Below are positions 41,831-53,010 of a DNA stretch of 64,000 nucleotides, in pieces. Source of the stretch: an uncultured delta proteobacterium (GTDB lineage: Bacteria > Desulfobacterota > Binatia > Bin18); assembly GCA_963733195.1 (NCBI GenBank), contig CAVTCR010000062.1, positions 192,001 to 256,000 on the forward strand, read 5' to 3'. The notes under the pieces were generated by a model that saw nothing but the letters and a program-made list of their open reading frames with translations, did no database searches and was not told the origin of the DNA. The position numbers and the translations under genes are program-made. Every line of letters starts with the position of its first letter. The stretch's first letter is position 1.

Positions 41831-42629
41831 TTACTTTCCCTTAAACACCGGCTTGCGTTTCTCCCGCCAGGCGCGGTGGGCTTCGTGGCTGTCTTCGGTC
41901 TGTCCGAGCAACATGAAGCGATAGATATCGGTCTGTGCCGCGTCCTTGAGCGAGGCGATATCTAACCCTTTGTTGAGCGACTCTTTCGCCATCTTCACTG
42001 CTAGTGGCGGTAATGCCGCCAAGCGTTTGGCGTAGTTGTATGCCAAGTGGCATCAGTTCAGGCAGTGGAACGACTTTGTTGACCAAGCCAACACGATAGG
42101 CTTCTGCTGCATTGATACGTTCACCGAGTAGTACCATCTCCATGGCTTTGCCACGACCGACATAACGCGCGAGACGCACTGCGCCACCGTAGGCTGGAAT
42201 GATCCCTAGCGGAACTTGCGGTAGTCCTAATTCAGCATTTTCCGAGGCTAACAGGATGTCACCACATAAGGTGATCAGACAGCCAATGCCGACGGCAAAG
42301 CCGTTAATCGCTACCACGACCGGTTTGGGATAATCGGCAACCGCATTAAACACCGCAAAGCCACGCGGACTCACCGTCGCCAGATGTTCACCAGCAGAGT
42401 TTACACGGTGGGTCTTCGGATTGCCCAAGTCCGCACCGGCAGAAAAGGCTTGCGTACCTGTGCCGGTTAGCACTGTCACCAACACTTCTGGATCGTCTTC
42501 CATCACTTTGAACACATCGACCACATCTTCCGACATCTGTGTAGTCCAGGCATTACGCTTCTCTGGTCGATTGAGTGTGACAGTGGCGATGTTCTCCGCT
42601 TTTGCATAGATAAGTGTTTCGTATGACAT
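41831..42629 (-). CDS. Enoyl-CoA hydratase/isomerase, frameshift near 42045
   Basis: LNRPEKRNA, AFSAGADL, KPVVVAING, REKRKPVFKGK. Confidence 0.88.
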
Positions 42630-42707
42630 GAGGCCTCCGTATTGCGTGTTGCGTAATGCGTAAAAATTAACCACCACCCTCCCCCTTACGTTTTACGTTT
42701 CACGTGC

Positions 42708-44064
42708 TTATTCCTTTCCATTCCCGTGTACTTCAAACACCATATGCCCTACAGCTTCCTGAGCTGCAATACGTTCGACAACTTCAGGCGCAAGTTCAAT
42801 CCGTCGATGTTCAGGAAACTTGTCACGATACAGTAGGGGGCGCAGATAGAATTGGTCAGGATAGTCGACTTGCGCGCGACTTTTGTAGGAACTTAAGAAC
42901 CAGCTGCGCCGGAGAAATTCGGGATTGAAATAGGACTCCCAGTGATCTTCGAGCCAGTTGACCTTGCGATGATAGTCGTGAAACCCTGCGGTCATCACGT
43001 CAATATCTGCCGCCCAGTAGAGAACAACAAGTGGTGTGTATCCTCGTCGTCCATCTTCGGGATACTCACTTCGCTCCAATCGTTCCGCAACCATTCGTAG
43101 TTTGCCCTCGCGATCGTATTGCTCAATGCGCAGTGGGCAGAACATCTTCTTATCGATCCAGTAGATGAGTTTGCTGCAATAATAATCAGGCAACCAGTCT
43201 GGTCGGGGTAGCGATTCCACCACGTAACATTCCACGCCGCCATCGGAAGTGTACGCAGGGTAACTATCTCCCATCACTTTCAGTGCTTTGGCTTCTTGCT
43301 CATAAATCGAACCATCTTGGCGAGTGATCGGCACCACCGCGCGGGTGTTAGGAAAGCGCACGGTAGAGTACAACACATCAGTGCCAAGAATCTTCCAAGA
43401 AAACTCCCACGGGTCGCGCCCTTGTAAATCATCAAACGACTGGGCGTTATACGGGAAGCGATCGGTGCGGCGCGGTTGGGGTTGGCGACGAATACGACGC
43501 AGTCCTGGTCGATACAAGTAGCGGTCTTGCTTCTTGGTGAAGGAATGGTCAGTACGATACTCAAACCAGAGCTGCTGATCGCCGTCCGATTCCGGTGGGC
43601 TAGTGAATTGTGAGAACGCACGCATGTACTGCGTTCCCGGCGGCATACGCAGCAGACTTGCCACTCCGTCTTGAGGAAAATAGAGAATTGCCGTGTTGTT
43701 CTTCAGCGTGGTGAGGATGTACCCGTCTGCGGTTATACTTTGCACAACACTGAGCCAGATGTGCGAGAAGCGTGGACGCAGGGTGTCAAGTTCAAACGCA
43801 AGATAGCCTAACTCTTCAGCGGTATACGGCGGTACGAAAAGGATACGGCTCAGCCGGCAGATACGGAATCTGCGAATCACGCGGAGTTTCAACTCGCAAA
43901 TCGATAGTCGCGCGTTCGTCCGCTGAAAGTTCGTCGAGTGTTTTCCATGTTTTGCTTACGCCTTGGGCAGCAACAGGTAGCGCTCTGTGTAACCCTACAC
44001 TGACAAACAGGCTGACCACTACTACCCAAGAGAATCGTGCTTGGTATGATACGTGTCTATGCAT
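42708..44064 (-). CDS. DUF1329-family exported protein, frameshift near 43836
   Basis: YLYRPGLRRIRR, SFDD, CYVVES, YCSKLIYWIDK, EQYDREGKL. Confidence 0.7.
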
Positions 44065-44460
44065 GCAAAACTCAGAGAAGCAATTTCATTATTCAATCAA
44101 CGTGAGTACTTCAATTGTCACGAACTCCTCGAAGACATCTGGCGTGATGCTGAAGGAGACGACCGCCATTTCTACGAAGGATTGATCCGCTTGGCAACGG
44201 GCATGCATTTGCGCGTCAACCGTCGCATCCCGCAGGGAGCAGTAAATCTACTGAAGCAAGGCTTGATGCGTCTGGAAAATTATCGTCCGACATATAATGG
44301 CGTCGATATCGCACGCTTATACACTGATATCGAATCCCACCTCGAAGAAGTCAAAGCCTCGAAGAATCCCCAAGCAGGGTTTTTTGAGCGTTGGCGGGCA
44401 CCACGGATTCATCTTCGTCAGTTAAAAGCACTATGCTTCTGGCGGGCGCAGCCCGGCTGA
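44059..44460 (+). CDS. DUF309 family protein
   Basis: LFNQREYFNCHELLEDIW...FYEGLI. Confidence 0.88.
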   Translation: MHAKLREAISLFNQREYFNCHELLEDIWRDAEGDDRHFYEGLIRLATGMHLRVNRRIPQGAVNLLKQGLMRLENYRPTYNGVDIARLYTDIESHLEEVKASKNPQAGFFERWRAPRIHLRQLKALCFWRAQPG

Positions 44461-44614
44461 GAACTAGGGGAAATGGGGAAAGAGTCTAGGAGTCTGAGCG
44501 TCTAGGAGTCGAAACAAGGTCTTCTCCTTTTCCCCGTTTCCCTTTTCGCCGTTTGCCCTCTTGAAACCGTAGCACACGTCGTGTGCACTAACGCACGGTC
44601 TCGCTTCCTCACTC

Positions 44615-45232
44615 TTAGTATGTTTTCAATTTCTTCGACCGTATCACGCGACTATGCGGAATCCGTAGCGAGCCGCGTTTACGGGCGCCATAAATTGCCC
44701 CGATGGCACTTCCACAGCGTGGAGTGGCTTCCCACGATAACTTATCGCCGATGGGAACAGAGTGACTCCCGGAGAATTGTGCGTCTTCACCTTTGTTGAT
44801 CCCGTTCGGAGCCGCCGCCAGCTCAATCCTACCACTGACCCTGCCAAGCTCATTGATCACCGCAACTTCTACCGTAGGAGCATTACACAGCCCACGTCCG
44901 CCATTCCGCATCGTCCCAGAAATCCAAAAATTGCCACTCGGATACTCAACCCAGGCTTTTGGCTGCCTGAGGCTTGGCGAAGGCAAGGCAGTACGTTGCG
45001 CTCGTGCTCCCCGTCGTGGTGAAGAGTTGCCGGGTTCTTCAGTGACGGATGTTTCCGACTGTCCTTCCGGGAGCGAGAATGGCGCAGTTCCTTTCTGGAA
45101 CGGTGTGGCTCCAGGAGCCGGCTTATCACCGTAGTGGATCACCCCTTTCTCGTCTTCCCATTTGTAGATGTCTTGTGCGTGAGCAGCCGGCAATGGGACA
45201 GTCAAGCACACTATCACCAGAAGTGTTCTCAC
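44615..45232 (-). CDS. DUF4124-domain exported protein
   Basis: Signal peptide, IYKWEDEKGVIHYGDKP. Confidence 0.8.
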   Translation of the reverse strand: MRTLLVIVCLTVPLPAAHAQDIYKWEDEKGVIHYGDKPAPGATPFQKGTAPFSLPEGQSETSVTEEPGNSSPRRGARAQRTALPSPSLRQPKAWVEYPSGNFWISGTMRNGGRGLCNAPTVEVAVINELGRVSGRIELAAAPNGINKGEDAQFSGSHSVPIGDKLSWEATPRCGSAIGAIYGARKRGSLRIPHSRVIRSKKLKTY

Positions 45233-45411
45233 GCTTTGCTCCTTTCGGGTAGACTCATCCTTTTCGTTATAAAGGGGGACAACACCTCACCGCAAGAGTC
45301 ACGGTCCCATTGCGCCCCGCCAGGTTTTCTTATAGGCCAAAGGCTTACCTCTAGCACCTGGGCACTCAGCCTGAGGTGCTGGGACACGCAAGATGAGGAG
45401 TCCTAACGCTC

Positions 45412-46482
45412 ATGGCTATGACAATTCCAGTCACCCGTACGACAAGTCCGAAGGCGAAGCCGCGCGATGAAGAACTTGGGTTTGGTCGATATTTCACCGA
45501 CCACATGTTCTTGATGGATGCTACTGCCGACCAAGGCTGGCATAATCCGCGGGTTGTGCCGTACGGGCCATTAACGCTAGAACCCTCAGCCGCAGTGTTG
45601 CATTACAGTCAGGAAATTTTTGAAGGCTTGAAAGCCTATCGTTCACCACGTGGGACGACGTTGCTCTTCCGGCCCGACAAAAATGCCGCGCGCTTGAACC
45701 ACTCGTGCGAACGCATGTGCATGCCGAAGATGGATACGGAATTGTTCCTCTCAGCCATCAAGAGTGTGGTCTCGACTGACCGTGATTGGGTACCACGAGC
45801 ACCAGGCACGTCGCTCTACATTCGTCCGGCGATGATCGCTACCGAACCCTTCCTCGGGGTTCGCCCATCGCAGAGCTATCTCTTCTTTATCATCCTCTCG
45901 CCAGTAGGTGCGTATTATGCTGAAGGCTTCAATCCAGTAAAGATTTTGGTTGAAGATCACTACGTCCGCGCGGTGAGAGGCGGAACCGGAGACGCGAAGA
46001 CTGGCGGAAACTATGCTGCTAGCCTCGCAGCGGCAGAAGAGGCGCATCACAAAGGCTACACCCAGGTTTTGTGGCTCGACGGTGTTGAGCGGAAATACAT
46101 TGAAGAAGTCGGCTCGATGAATATCGCTTTTGTTATTGATAACGAACTCGTCACCCCGTCGCTCAACGGCTCAACGCTCGCAGGCATCACTCGGGACACG
46201 GTGTTACAACTAGCGCGGGATTGGGGCATTCGTGTTGCCGAGCGACAGATCAGCATCAGCGAAGTGTTCACCGCCGCAAAGAACAGACGATTGAGTGAAG
46301 TCTTCGGTATGGGCACAGCAGCAGTAATCTCACCTGTCAGTGAGTTAGCCTACAAAGAAGAAAAACTCACGATTGGCAACGGCAAGGTCGGGCCATTGGC
46401 ACAACGTCTCTTCGATGACATCTCCGCCATCCAACGCGGTCTCAAGCCCGACCCACATGGGTGGGTGGTAGAGGTAGATTAA
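45412..46482 (+). CDS. ilvE: Branched-chain amino acid aminotransferase
   Basis: GFGRYFTDHM, LHYSQEIFEGLKA, SLYIRP, AKTGGNY, EEVGSMN, GITR. Confidence 0.95.
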   Translation: MAMTIPVTRTTSPKAKPRDEELGFGRYFTDHMFLMDATADQGWHNPRVVPYGPLTLEPSAAVLHYSQEIFEGLKAYRSPRGTTLLFRPDKNAARLNHSCERMCMPKMDTELFLSAIKSVVSTDRDWVPRAPGTSLYIRPAMIATEPFLGVRPSQSYLFFIILSPVGAYYAEGFNPVKILVEDHYVRAVRGGTGDAKTGGNYAASLAAAEEAHHKGYTQVLWLDGVERKYIEEVGSMNIAFVIDNELVTPSLNGSTLAGITRDTVLQLARDWGIRVAERQISISEVFTAAKNRRLSEVFGMGTAAVISPVSELAYKEEKLTIGNGKVGPLAQRLFDDISAIQRGLKPDPHGWVVEVD

Positions 46483-46488
46483 GGTGGA

Positions 46489-47799
46489 TTACCGCCCACT
46501 CTGCAGGAGAAAGTTCGTCGAATAGGCATCCGGTGCTGCTTCAGCTACCGCCTCGTTGAAATACCACTCGTTCTCACGGTCGATTGCTTTTTTCTTGCTG
46601 GTTGGAGCCTCACCGATCGTGGCTTGGTTTTGGATCATATCTACTAACACCCAGTTTGGTACGAAGTGTTGCTCTTCTTCGTAGTTGTATTTTCCATCCC
46701 TGAGTGGTTTCGCTGGGTACCCTTCATACGGCTTCTTGGTATAAAAAATACTCGCCACATGCGATTTCCACAGCGCATCTTCTTGGTTGTACATTTCGTG
46801 AATCAGCGGCGAGAAGAAATCTTTGTCGATATAGAGAATCCGTTTGCTGTAGGCATAACTACGCGGATACGCAGTCGGCGTTCCTTCGATCACCCACACC
46901 TGCCGTTTCTCCCATGACACACAAGGAAACGCAGCCAGGATTCCGTGTTTGCCATCGCGTGGCGCACACCACTGCGAGGGGTCGCCATACTTACCACTAT
47001 GGGCAATAGCAAGGACTTCCTTTTCGGCGAGCACGCGGAAATCCCAATGGGCAATGCTACCGTTAAAGCCGTACATCGCATCGACATCAAAGTCCGAACC
47101 ACCTAACGCCGCACTGCGATCAGAAAAACTGATACGTCGCACCTTGCGCATTTCTGGAGCGTAAATGTAGGTGTCCTCTGGCCGATCGCGCGGGATGTAG
47201 TGAAAGAATAACACTGCCAAGCCTTTCAGGTCAGTCGGCATCCAGATAGGGCCAAACAGATTGGAGTGGCGCGTTGGCGGATTATGCGGGATCACTGGCT
47301 GTGGCTCTGTGTATAAACGGCCAACCCACATCAGCCGCCGCCAGGCCATTTCATAAGTTCGCTCGCTCGATCCGCTACTGTCCACAACGTCCGCGACAAA
47401 GGTCGTTCCAGCATTGTCGATCACCGCCGGACTGTGTTCGTGATTCCACATGACTTTGAAACCTGCGAGCGGATCATTGGCATCAATCGCCGGAAACGGA
47501 GCACCGGCAACGTAGTTCATGATGTCGCGTCCGTCTTCAGAAATCTTGACTTGCGCCGCATATTTCTCGGTCGCTTCTTTATATGCTTCGGGCCATTTGA
47601 CCTTGCGAGTCTCGATCACTTGGATCGTCATGCCACGGTCAACCATCCAGCGGATCGATGGTGTGAGGAATTCTTCGGCTTGGACAGCGTTCTCTTTGGT
47701 GATGATGTCACCAGGTTTGATGTCGGCGTGTGCAGAATAAAGAAAACAGATAGTGAAAATGGCAACGAGAAATGCGCAATATGCAGATGAGTGAGTCAT
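46489..47799 (-). CDS. DUF1329-family exported protein
   Basis: KPGDIITKEN, YVAGAPFP, YIYAPEMRKVRR, YSKRILYIDK. Confidence 0.8.
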   Translation of the reverse strand: MTHSSAYCAFLVAIFTICFLYSAHADIKPGDIITKENAVQAEEFLTPSIRWMVDRGMTIQVIETRKVKWPEAYKEATEKYAAQVKISEDGRDIMNYVAGAPFPAIDANDPLAGFKVMWNHEHSPAVIDNAGTTFVADVVDSSGSSERTYEMAWRRLMWVGRLYTEPQPVIPHNPPTRHSNLFGPIWMPTDLKGLAVLFFHYIPRDRPEDTYIYAPEMRKVRRISFSDRSAALGGSDFDVDAMYGFNGSIAHWDFRVLAEKEVLAIAHSGKYGDPSQWCAPRDGKHGILAAFPCVSWEKRQVWVIEGTPTAYPRSYAYSKRILYIDKDFFSPLIHEMYNQEDALWKSHVASIFYTKKPYEGYPAKPLRDGKYNYEEEQHFVPNWVLVDMIQNQATIGEAPTSKKKAIDRENEWYFNEAVAEAAPDAYSTNFLLQSGR

Positions 47800-48109
47800 G
47801 GGATTTTCTTGAGTATGGTTGCGATTGCAAGCGAAAAGGGCGCACTGCCGTGCACTGGTCACGACTTAAGGGTACATGCCGCTTTTTGGGCTATGCCAAA
47901 GCGGATGAGGGTTCCTTCTCCCTTCCGGGAGAAGGTCAGGGATGAGGAGAAGAGATAAAATGCCCCTTCTGTTTCGATCCCCTCACCCTAGCCTCCTCCG
48001 ACTACGCGAAGGACAAGCTCTCCCACCGTGGAGAAGGAATTGCGACACAAGCGACGGCTTAAGTTGGGACCGGTGACAGCTGTGCGCCCCTACAATAAAG
48101 CAAGGATTC

Positions 48110-48589
48110 CTATCCGCCGTAATTCAGGTTCAGCTCTTTCAAGGTAAGGGCATCGCTCTGTTTCTTGAGCCCTGCCTCGACAACCTCACCAACCACAACT
48201 GTGTGATCACCATATTCGTGAAACCCGACAACTTTGCACTCAACCCACGCAGGGGCATCACTGAGGATCGGGCAACCCGTGTTGGCTCCGGTTTCAAAAG
48301 CAAACCCCCCAAGTTTTCCACCTTCAGGTTCGACATGCTTGAAGAACGCAAAGGCTTGGTCTTTCTGGCCAGTCCCTAAGAAACTCAGAGTAAACACTTT
48401 CCCGTTCTTCACCATTCCATGCGCGCCAGAATCACCCTTGACCCCCACAACCACAAGAGGTGGCTTAAAAGAAACTTGAGTTGTCCAGTTGACCGTGGCG
48501 AGCGTGATTTTGTCGCCTTCCTTCGCACCCAGTACTTGTAGTCCGTACGGAATCATCCGTAACGCGGTCTTTCTTGCTGCTTCATCCAT
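48110..48589 (-). CDS. Flavin reductase family protein
   Basis: IPYGL, QVSFKPP, ECKV, GDHTVVVGEV. Confidence 0.9.
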   Translation of the reverse strand: MDEAARKTALRMIPYGLQVLGAKEGDKITLATVNWTTQVSFKPPLVVVGVKGDSGAHGMVKNGKVFTLSFLGTGQKDQAFAFFKHVEPEGGKLGGFAFETGANTGCPILSDAPAWVECKVVGFHEYGDHTVVVGEVVEAGLKKQSDALTLKELNLNYGG

Positions 48590-48735
48590 GGTGGGTCCTC
48601 CTTACTTTTATCGCGAGAATGGGCAGACGATAGCCGCCTGCCTTCCCCTCTGTCAATCATGGAGCCAACCTTGCCCCTGAAGAAGGAATTTGCTTAGATT
48701 CGCCTTCATTCATTGGACTGAGGAGGATCTTCTTC

Positions 48736-49041
48736 ATGGGTAATTTTGTCAAAGTGGCCCAGGCAAGTGAAATTCCCGCTGGTCAAGTCAAATGTGTAGA
48801 AGTTGGCGACAAGCGGATCGCGATCTTCAACCTCGATGGAACGTATCATGCAGTAGATGAGGTCTGTCCCCATCAAGCCGGGCCACTAAGCGAAGGAGAG
48901 ATCGAGGGCACGGTCGTCACCTGCCCGTGGCATGGGTGGGAGTTTGATATCACTACGGGTGTGAATCGTGACGATCCAGACACGGTACTAGAAAAGTTTG
49001 CCGTAAAAGTTGAGGGAAATGATATTCTGGTTGAGGTGTGA
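48736..49041 (+). CDS. Rieske [2Fe-2S] ferredoxin
   Basis: CPH...CPWHG. Confidence 0.92.
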   Translation: MGNFVKVAQASEIPAGQVKCVEVGDKRIAIFNLDGTYHAVDEVCPHQAGPLSEGEIEGTVVTCPWHGWEFDITTGVNRDDPDTVLEKFAVKVEGNDILVEV

Positions 49042-49211
49042 GGATAGGAAACATGATGCGTAAAACGTGGTGCGTGATGCGTAAAATGTAAGCCGTAACA
49101 TGTGGACACAACACGTACCACGCAACACGTCATAACATAGTGCGTGTTACATGGCCTCACTTTCTATATCTGCGCTTTCTTCAGTCACCAAGCTCTGTTA
49201 ACGTCTTTTCC

Positions 49212-50285
49212 ATGAAAACTCCCTTGTCCTCTTGGCATCGCGCTCACGGAGCGACTTTCGTGAATGACCGTGGCATTGAACTGCCGGAGCGATTCACCGA
49301 TCCAGTCGAAGAGTATCAAGCTGTTCGGGAAAAAGCCGGTTTAATCGACCTGTCGTTTCGCGTTCAAGTTCGCATGACTGGTGAGGATCGGATTTCATTC
49401 CTCCAAGGTATGATCTCGAATGATGTCAAAGCGTTACAGCCCGGCACCGGCTGCGCGGCAACGTTGCTAACCGAACAAGGTCGCATCGTTGCTGATCTTC
49501 GCGTGTATGCCTTGGACAATGCGCTCCTTCTCGATGTCGATGCACGAGTCAGAGAGAAAATGATAGAGGCACTCTCACGTTTTATCATTGCTGACGATGT
49601 CGAGATGGAGGACCTGAGTGAACAGCAAGTGACGTTTGCTGTACAGGGACCGACGGCAGCTCAGATCCTTGCTACTGCCGGACTGTCGCTTTCGTTAGAT
49701 AAGCCGTTTCAACACCAGGAGGTAAAACTGGCGGGTATTACCGCTCGGGTTATCCGAGTGAGTGACACTGGCGAGGAAGGATACGAAGTCCTCGCCCCAG
49801 TTGAATATGCAGAACAATGCTGGACAGCACTGCTGCACGCAGGTGAACCCTTGGGGCTTCGTCCGGTCGGTCTCGCCGCACTGCAAATGCTTCGGGTTGA
49901 AGCAGGCATTCCGTGGTACGGCCTGGATATGGATGAAGGACGGATTGTCCTGGAGGTCGGCTTAGAACATGCTATCAGTTTTAAGAAAGGCTGTTACTTA
50001 GGACAAGAAGTCGTCGAACGGGCAACAGCGCGTGGCCATGTCAATCGTAAACTGAGTGGACTGCTGCTTCATGGAAATACACTTCCAGAAAATGGCACAA
50101 AACTCTTCCACGGTACTCAAGAAGTTGGCTGGGTAACAAGTGCCGTTCAGTCGCCACGTTTCGGGCATCCGATTGCGCTCGGATATGTGCGACGCGAGCA
50201 TCTCACGCCTGGTACTCAACTACGGATTGACAGCCACGGAACGCCCATGATAGCGGAAGTGGCAACGCTACCGTTTTCTCGGTGA
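49212..50285 (+). CDS. ygfZ: YgfZ/GcvT folate-binding protein
   Basis: KGCYLGQE signature, GcvT fold. Confidence 0.88.
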   Translation: MKTPLSSWHRAHGATFVNDRGIELPERFTDPVEEYQAVREKAGLIDLSFRVQVRMTGEDRISFLQGMISNDVKALQPGTGCAATLLTEQGRIVADLRVYALDNALLLDVDARVREKMIEALSRFIIADDVEMEDLSEQQVTFAVQGPTAAQILATAGLSLSLDKPFQHQEVKLAGITARVIRVSDTGEEGYEVLAPVEYAEQCWTALLHAGEPLGLRPVGLAALQMLRVEAGIPWYGLDMDEGRIVLEVGLEHAISFKKGCYLGQEVVERATARGHVNRKLSGLLLHGNTLPENGTKLFHGTQEVGWVTSAVQSPRFGHPIALGYVRREHLTPGTQLRIDSHGTPMIAEVATLPFSR

Positions 50286-50311
50286 TTCCGAGTCTCGTTC
50301 AGGAGGGAGTT

Positions 50312-50461
50312 ATGGCTCAGCTTGGTAAACGTTATTTTTGTGAAACCTGCGGCACGGAAGTGCTCTGCAACAAACCTAGTACTGGTAACGATGGTAACCT
50401 CAATTGCTGTGACAAGGACATGCAGTTGAAAGAGGCAAAGCCGTTGCCGTCATCGGACTAA
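50312..50461 (+). CDS. Desulforedoxin-like miniprotein A (49 aa, C-terminal KPLPSSD)
   Basis: MAQLGKRYFCETCGTEVLCNKPSTGNDGNLNCCDKDMQLKEAKPLPSSD; RBS AGGAGG; below ORF-track cutoff. Confidence 0.85.
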   Translation: MAQLGKRYFCETCGTEVLCNKPSTGNDGNLNCCDKDMQLKEAKPLPSSD

Positions 50462-50533
50462 GGGCACTCATTTTCGGCTTTTAGCTTGTAGGGGCGCAGC
50501 ATGCTGCGCCCCTACTATTTTCGGCTCTTTCCT

Positions 50534-52066
50534 ATGCCCACCGCCGATCTGCTCCTTCATGGAGGACGAATCCTCACACTTTCTTTGACTAGACCAACTG
50601 CCGAAGCGATTGCCATCGCCGATGGCAAAATTCTCGCCATTGGCAAAGAACGTGATCTACGTGTACTCACTTCTCCTCGCACGCAAAAGATTTCTTGCGC
50701 TGGACGCACGGTTATTCCAGGGTTTATTGATCCGCATTTGCATCTTTTCTCCTGGGCCAGCCGCTTGTGCGGCGTTGACGTCAGCACTGCTCGTTCGTTT
50801 GGAGAAATTCAAACACTACTCACACACCGCCTTTCTTCCCTTGCTTCAGGAACCTGGCTCCGTGGCTATGGCTACGACGAGTTCTTTTTATATGAGAAGC
50901 GTCACCCTACTCGCTTCGATCTCGACGCCGTTTCCATTACACATCCCATTATCCTCCGTCATCGTACTGGCCATGCTGCGATTTTGAATAGTATGGCGTT
51001 ACAGCAAGCAGGAATCGATCGATCGTTCACACCACCCGCAGGCGGCATTGTGGAACACGACCCAGCTACACGTGAGCCGACAGGTGTGGTCTATGAGCTA
51101 GAGAAATTTCTCCGCACAGTTATTCCGCCACTACCTGATGACGAATTTATGACCGCAGTACAGCAAGCGAGTAACGAATTACTCCGTCACGGCGTAACCT
51201 CATTTCACGATGCCAGTGCGGGGAACACGCTGGAAGATTTCGCGTTGTTTCAGCGATTGCGGGACGACGGGATTCTCCAGTCTCGCGCTACGGTCATGAT
51301 CGGTAGCGATTCCTTGCCTCAGCTTATAGAGGCCGGATTGGTACCTTTCAGTGAAGATGAACATCTTCGTTTAGGTAGTGTGAAGATCATGTTGCACGAA
51401 GGTAGCGGAGAGGTATACCCACCACTTGAGGAATTGAACGAAATGGTGTGGCAGGCTCACCAGCACGGTTTCCAAGTGGCATTACATGCAGTCGAAGAAG
51501 GACCGATTTGCGCTGCACTTGAAGCCATCGGGATCGCGTTACAACGTCAGCCACGCACAGATCATCGCCATCGCATTGAGCATTGCACGCTCTGTCCGCC
51601 GCCGTTTATTGAGAAGCTGATTGAAACCGGGATCGCCGTTGTTACGCAGCCCGGGTTTCTTCATTTTTACGGCGAAAAATACCGAGCTGGAATCCCTCCA
51701 GAACAACAGGAGTGGTTGTATCGGACAAAAAGCTTGCTCGCTTCAGGAATTCCGGTCGCTGGCAGTTCTGATTGTCCGATTGCTCCGCTAGCGCCTCTAA
51801 TAAGCTTGCAAACTGCAATGACAAGAAAGACGAGAGAGGGAATGCCTCTCAACCCTCAGGAACAGCTTCCCCTGAACGATGCTTTGACATTATTTACCAG
51901 TGCCGGTGCTTGGCTTAGTTTTGAAGAAGGACAAAAAGGAAAGATTATGCCCGGTATGCTGGCCGACCTCGCCGTGCTTGATGGTGACTTGCGCACGACA
52001 CCAACAGAGGAGATTGGTAAGCTCAAGGTGGTTATGACGATGGTTGGGGGAAAGATTAGTGACTGA
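50534..52066 (+). CDS. Amidohydrolase 3 family (YtcJ-like)
   Basis: PGFIDPHLH, GHAAILNS, HAVE, RIEH, GSSD, GMLADL. Confidence 0.9.
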   Translation: MPTADLLLHGGRILTLSLTRPTAEAIAIADGKILAIGKERDLRVLTSPRTQKISCAGRTVIPGFIDPHLHLFSWASRLCGVDVSTARSFGEIQTLLTHRLSSLASGTWLRGYGYDEFFLYEKRHPTRFDLDAVSITHPIILRHRTGHAAILNSMALQQAGIDRSFTPPAGGIVEHDPATREPTGVVYELEKFLRTVIPPLPDDEFMTAVQQASNELLRHGVTSFHDASAGNTLEDFALFQRLRDDGILQSRATVMIGSDSLPQLIEAGLVPFSEDEHLRLGSVKIMLHEGSGEVYPPLEELNEMVWQAHQHGFQVALHAVEEGPICAALEAIGIALQRQPRTDHRHRIEHCTLCPPPFIEKLIETGIAVVTQPGFLHFYGEKYRAGIPPEQQEWLYRTKSLLASGIPVAGSSDCPIAPLAPLISLQTAMTRKTREGMPLNPQEQLPLNDALTLFTSAGAWLSFEEGQKGKIMPGMLADLAVLDGDLRTTPTEEIGKLKVVMTMVGGKISD

Positions 52067-52228
52067 GCGATGAGTAACGAAGATCTGCACGTAAGGATGT
52101 CACATGATGAAGTGAAAGACGTGTCTAGGTTTGCCTTTCACTCGATTCATCTGTTATGTGCATCCTACTGCACTACTTCTGAATTTCCTATCTACGTTTT
52201 ACGTATCACACTTTACGTTTCACGCCTT

Positions 52229-52939
52229 ATGTCTTTCTCAGCCGTTCTCTACGAAAAAGAAGGTCCGTTGGCGATTGTCGCGCTCAATCGGCCCAAGATG
52301 CTCAATGCCTATAACGTCGAGATGCGTGATGATCTCTATGAGATTCTCTGCGCTGTGCGAGATGATCCCGAGGTCCGGGTCATGATTCTGCGTGGGGAAG
52401 GTTCGGCTTTTTCTACTGGCGGGGACGTCTCAGAGTTTGGCTCGGCTCCATCACCAACCAAAGCCCGAGAGATTCGCTGGCGACGTAATGTATGGGGAAC
52501 GTTATTGAGTCTGCCTCAACCAACCATCGCCGCAGTGCATGGGTTTACGGTTGGTGGCGGTATGGAAATGGCCCTGCTCTGCGATATCACTATTGCCGCA
52601 GATGACACAATTTTCTTCTTACCAGAGACTGGACTGGGAATGATTCCAGGGGTTGGTGGTACACAAACTGCGCCACGTGCTATTGGTCTGGGACGCGCAC
52701 TGGACATGGTTTTGACCGGCAGAAGAGTCAACGCCGAAGAGGCGAGGAACATTGGTCTGGCGAACCGCGTTGTCCCGCGGGAGACCCTCTTGACGGCAGC
52801 TAAAACTCTAGCGTACACACTTGCCAAATGTGATCCCAGGGTTCTTACCCTGGCGAAGCAAGCAATTCGTCAAGGAGCAGATCTTCCTCTGGCTGAGGGA
52901 CTTCAGTTAGAGAAGCGTCTGTTCGCGATGATTGCTTGA
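52229..52939 (+). CDS. Enoyl-CoA hydratase/isomerase
   Basis: LNRPKMLNA, AFSTGGD, GGGME, PETGLG. Confidence 0.88.
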   Translation: MSFSAVLYEKEGPLAIVALNRPKMLNAYNVEMRDDLYEILCAVRDDPEVRVMILRGEGSAFSTGGDVSEFGSAPSPTKAREIRWRRNVWGTLLSLPQPTIAAVHGFTVGGGMEMALLCDITIAADDTIFFLPETGLGMIPGVGGTQTAPRAIGLGRALDMVLTGRRVNAEEARNIGLANRVVPRETLLTAAKTLAYTLAKCDPRVLTLAKQAIRQGADLPLAEGLQLEKRLFAMIA

Positions 52940-53010
52940 TAGACAGATTATGGCTTCTTGCTAAAAGCTAATAGTGAACGGCGAAATGACAACGTAATAA
53001 AGGAGCGGCA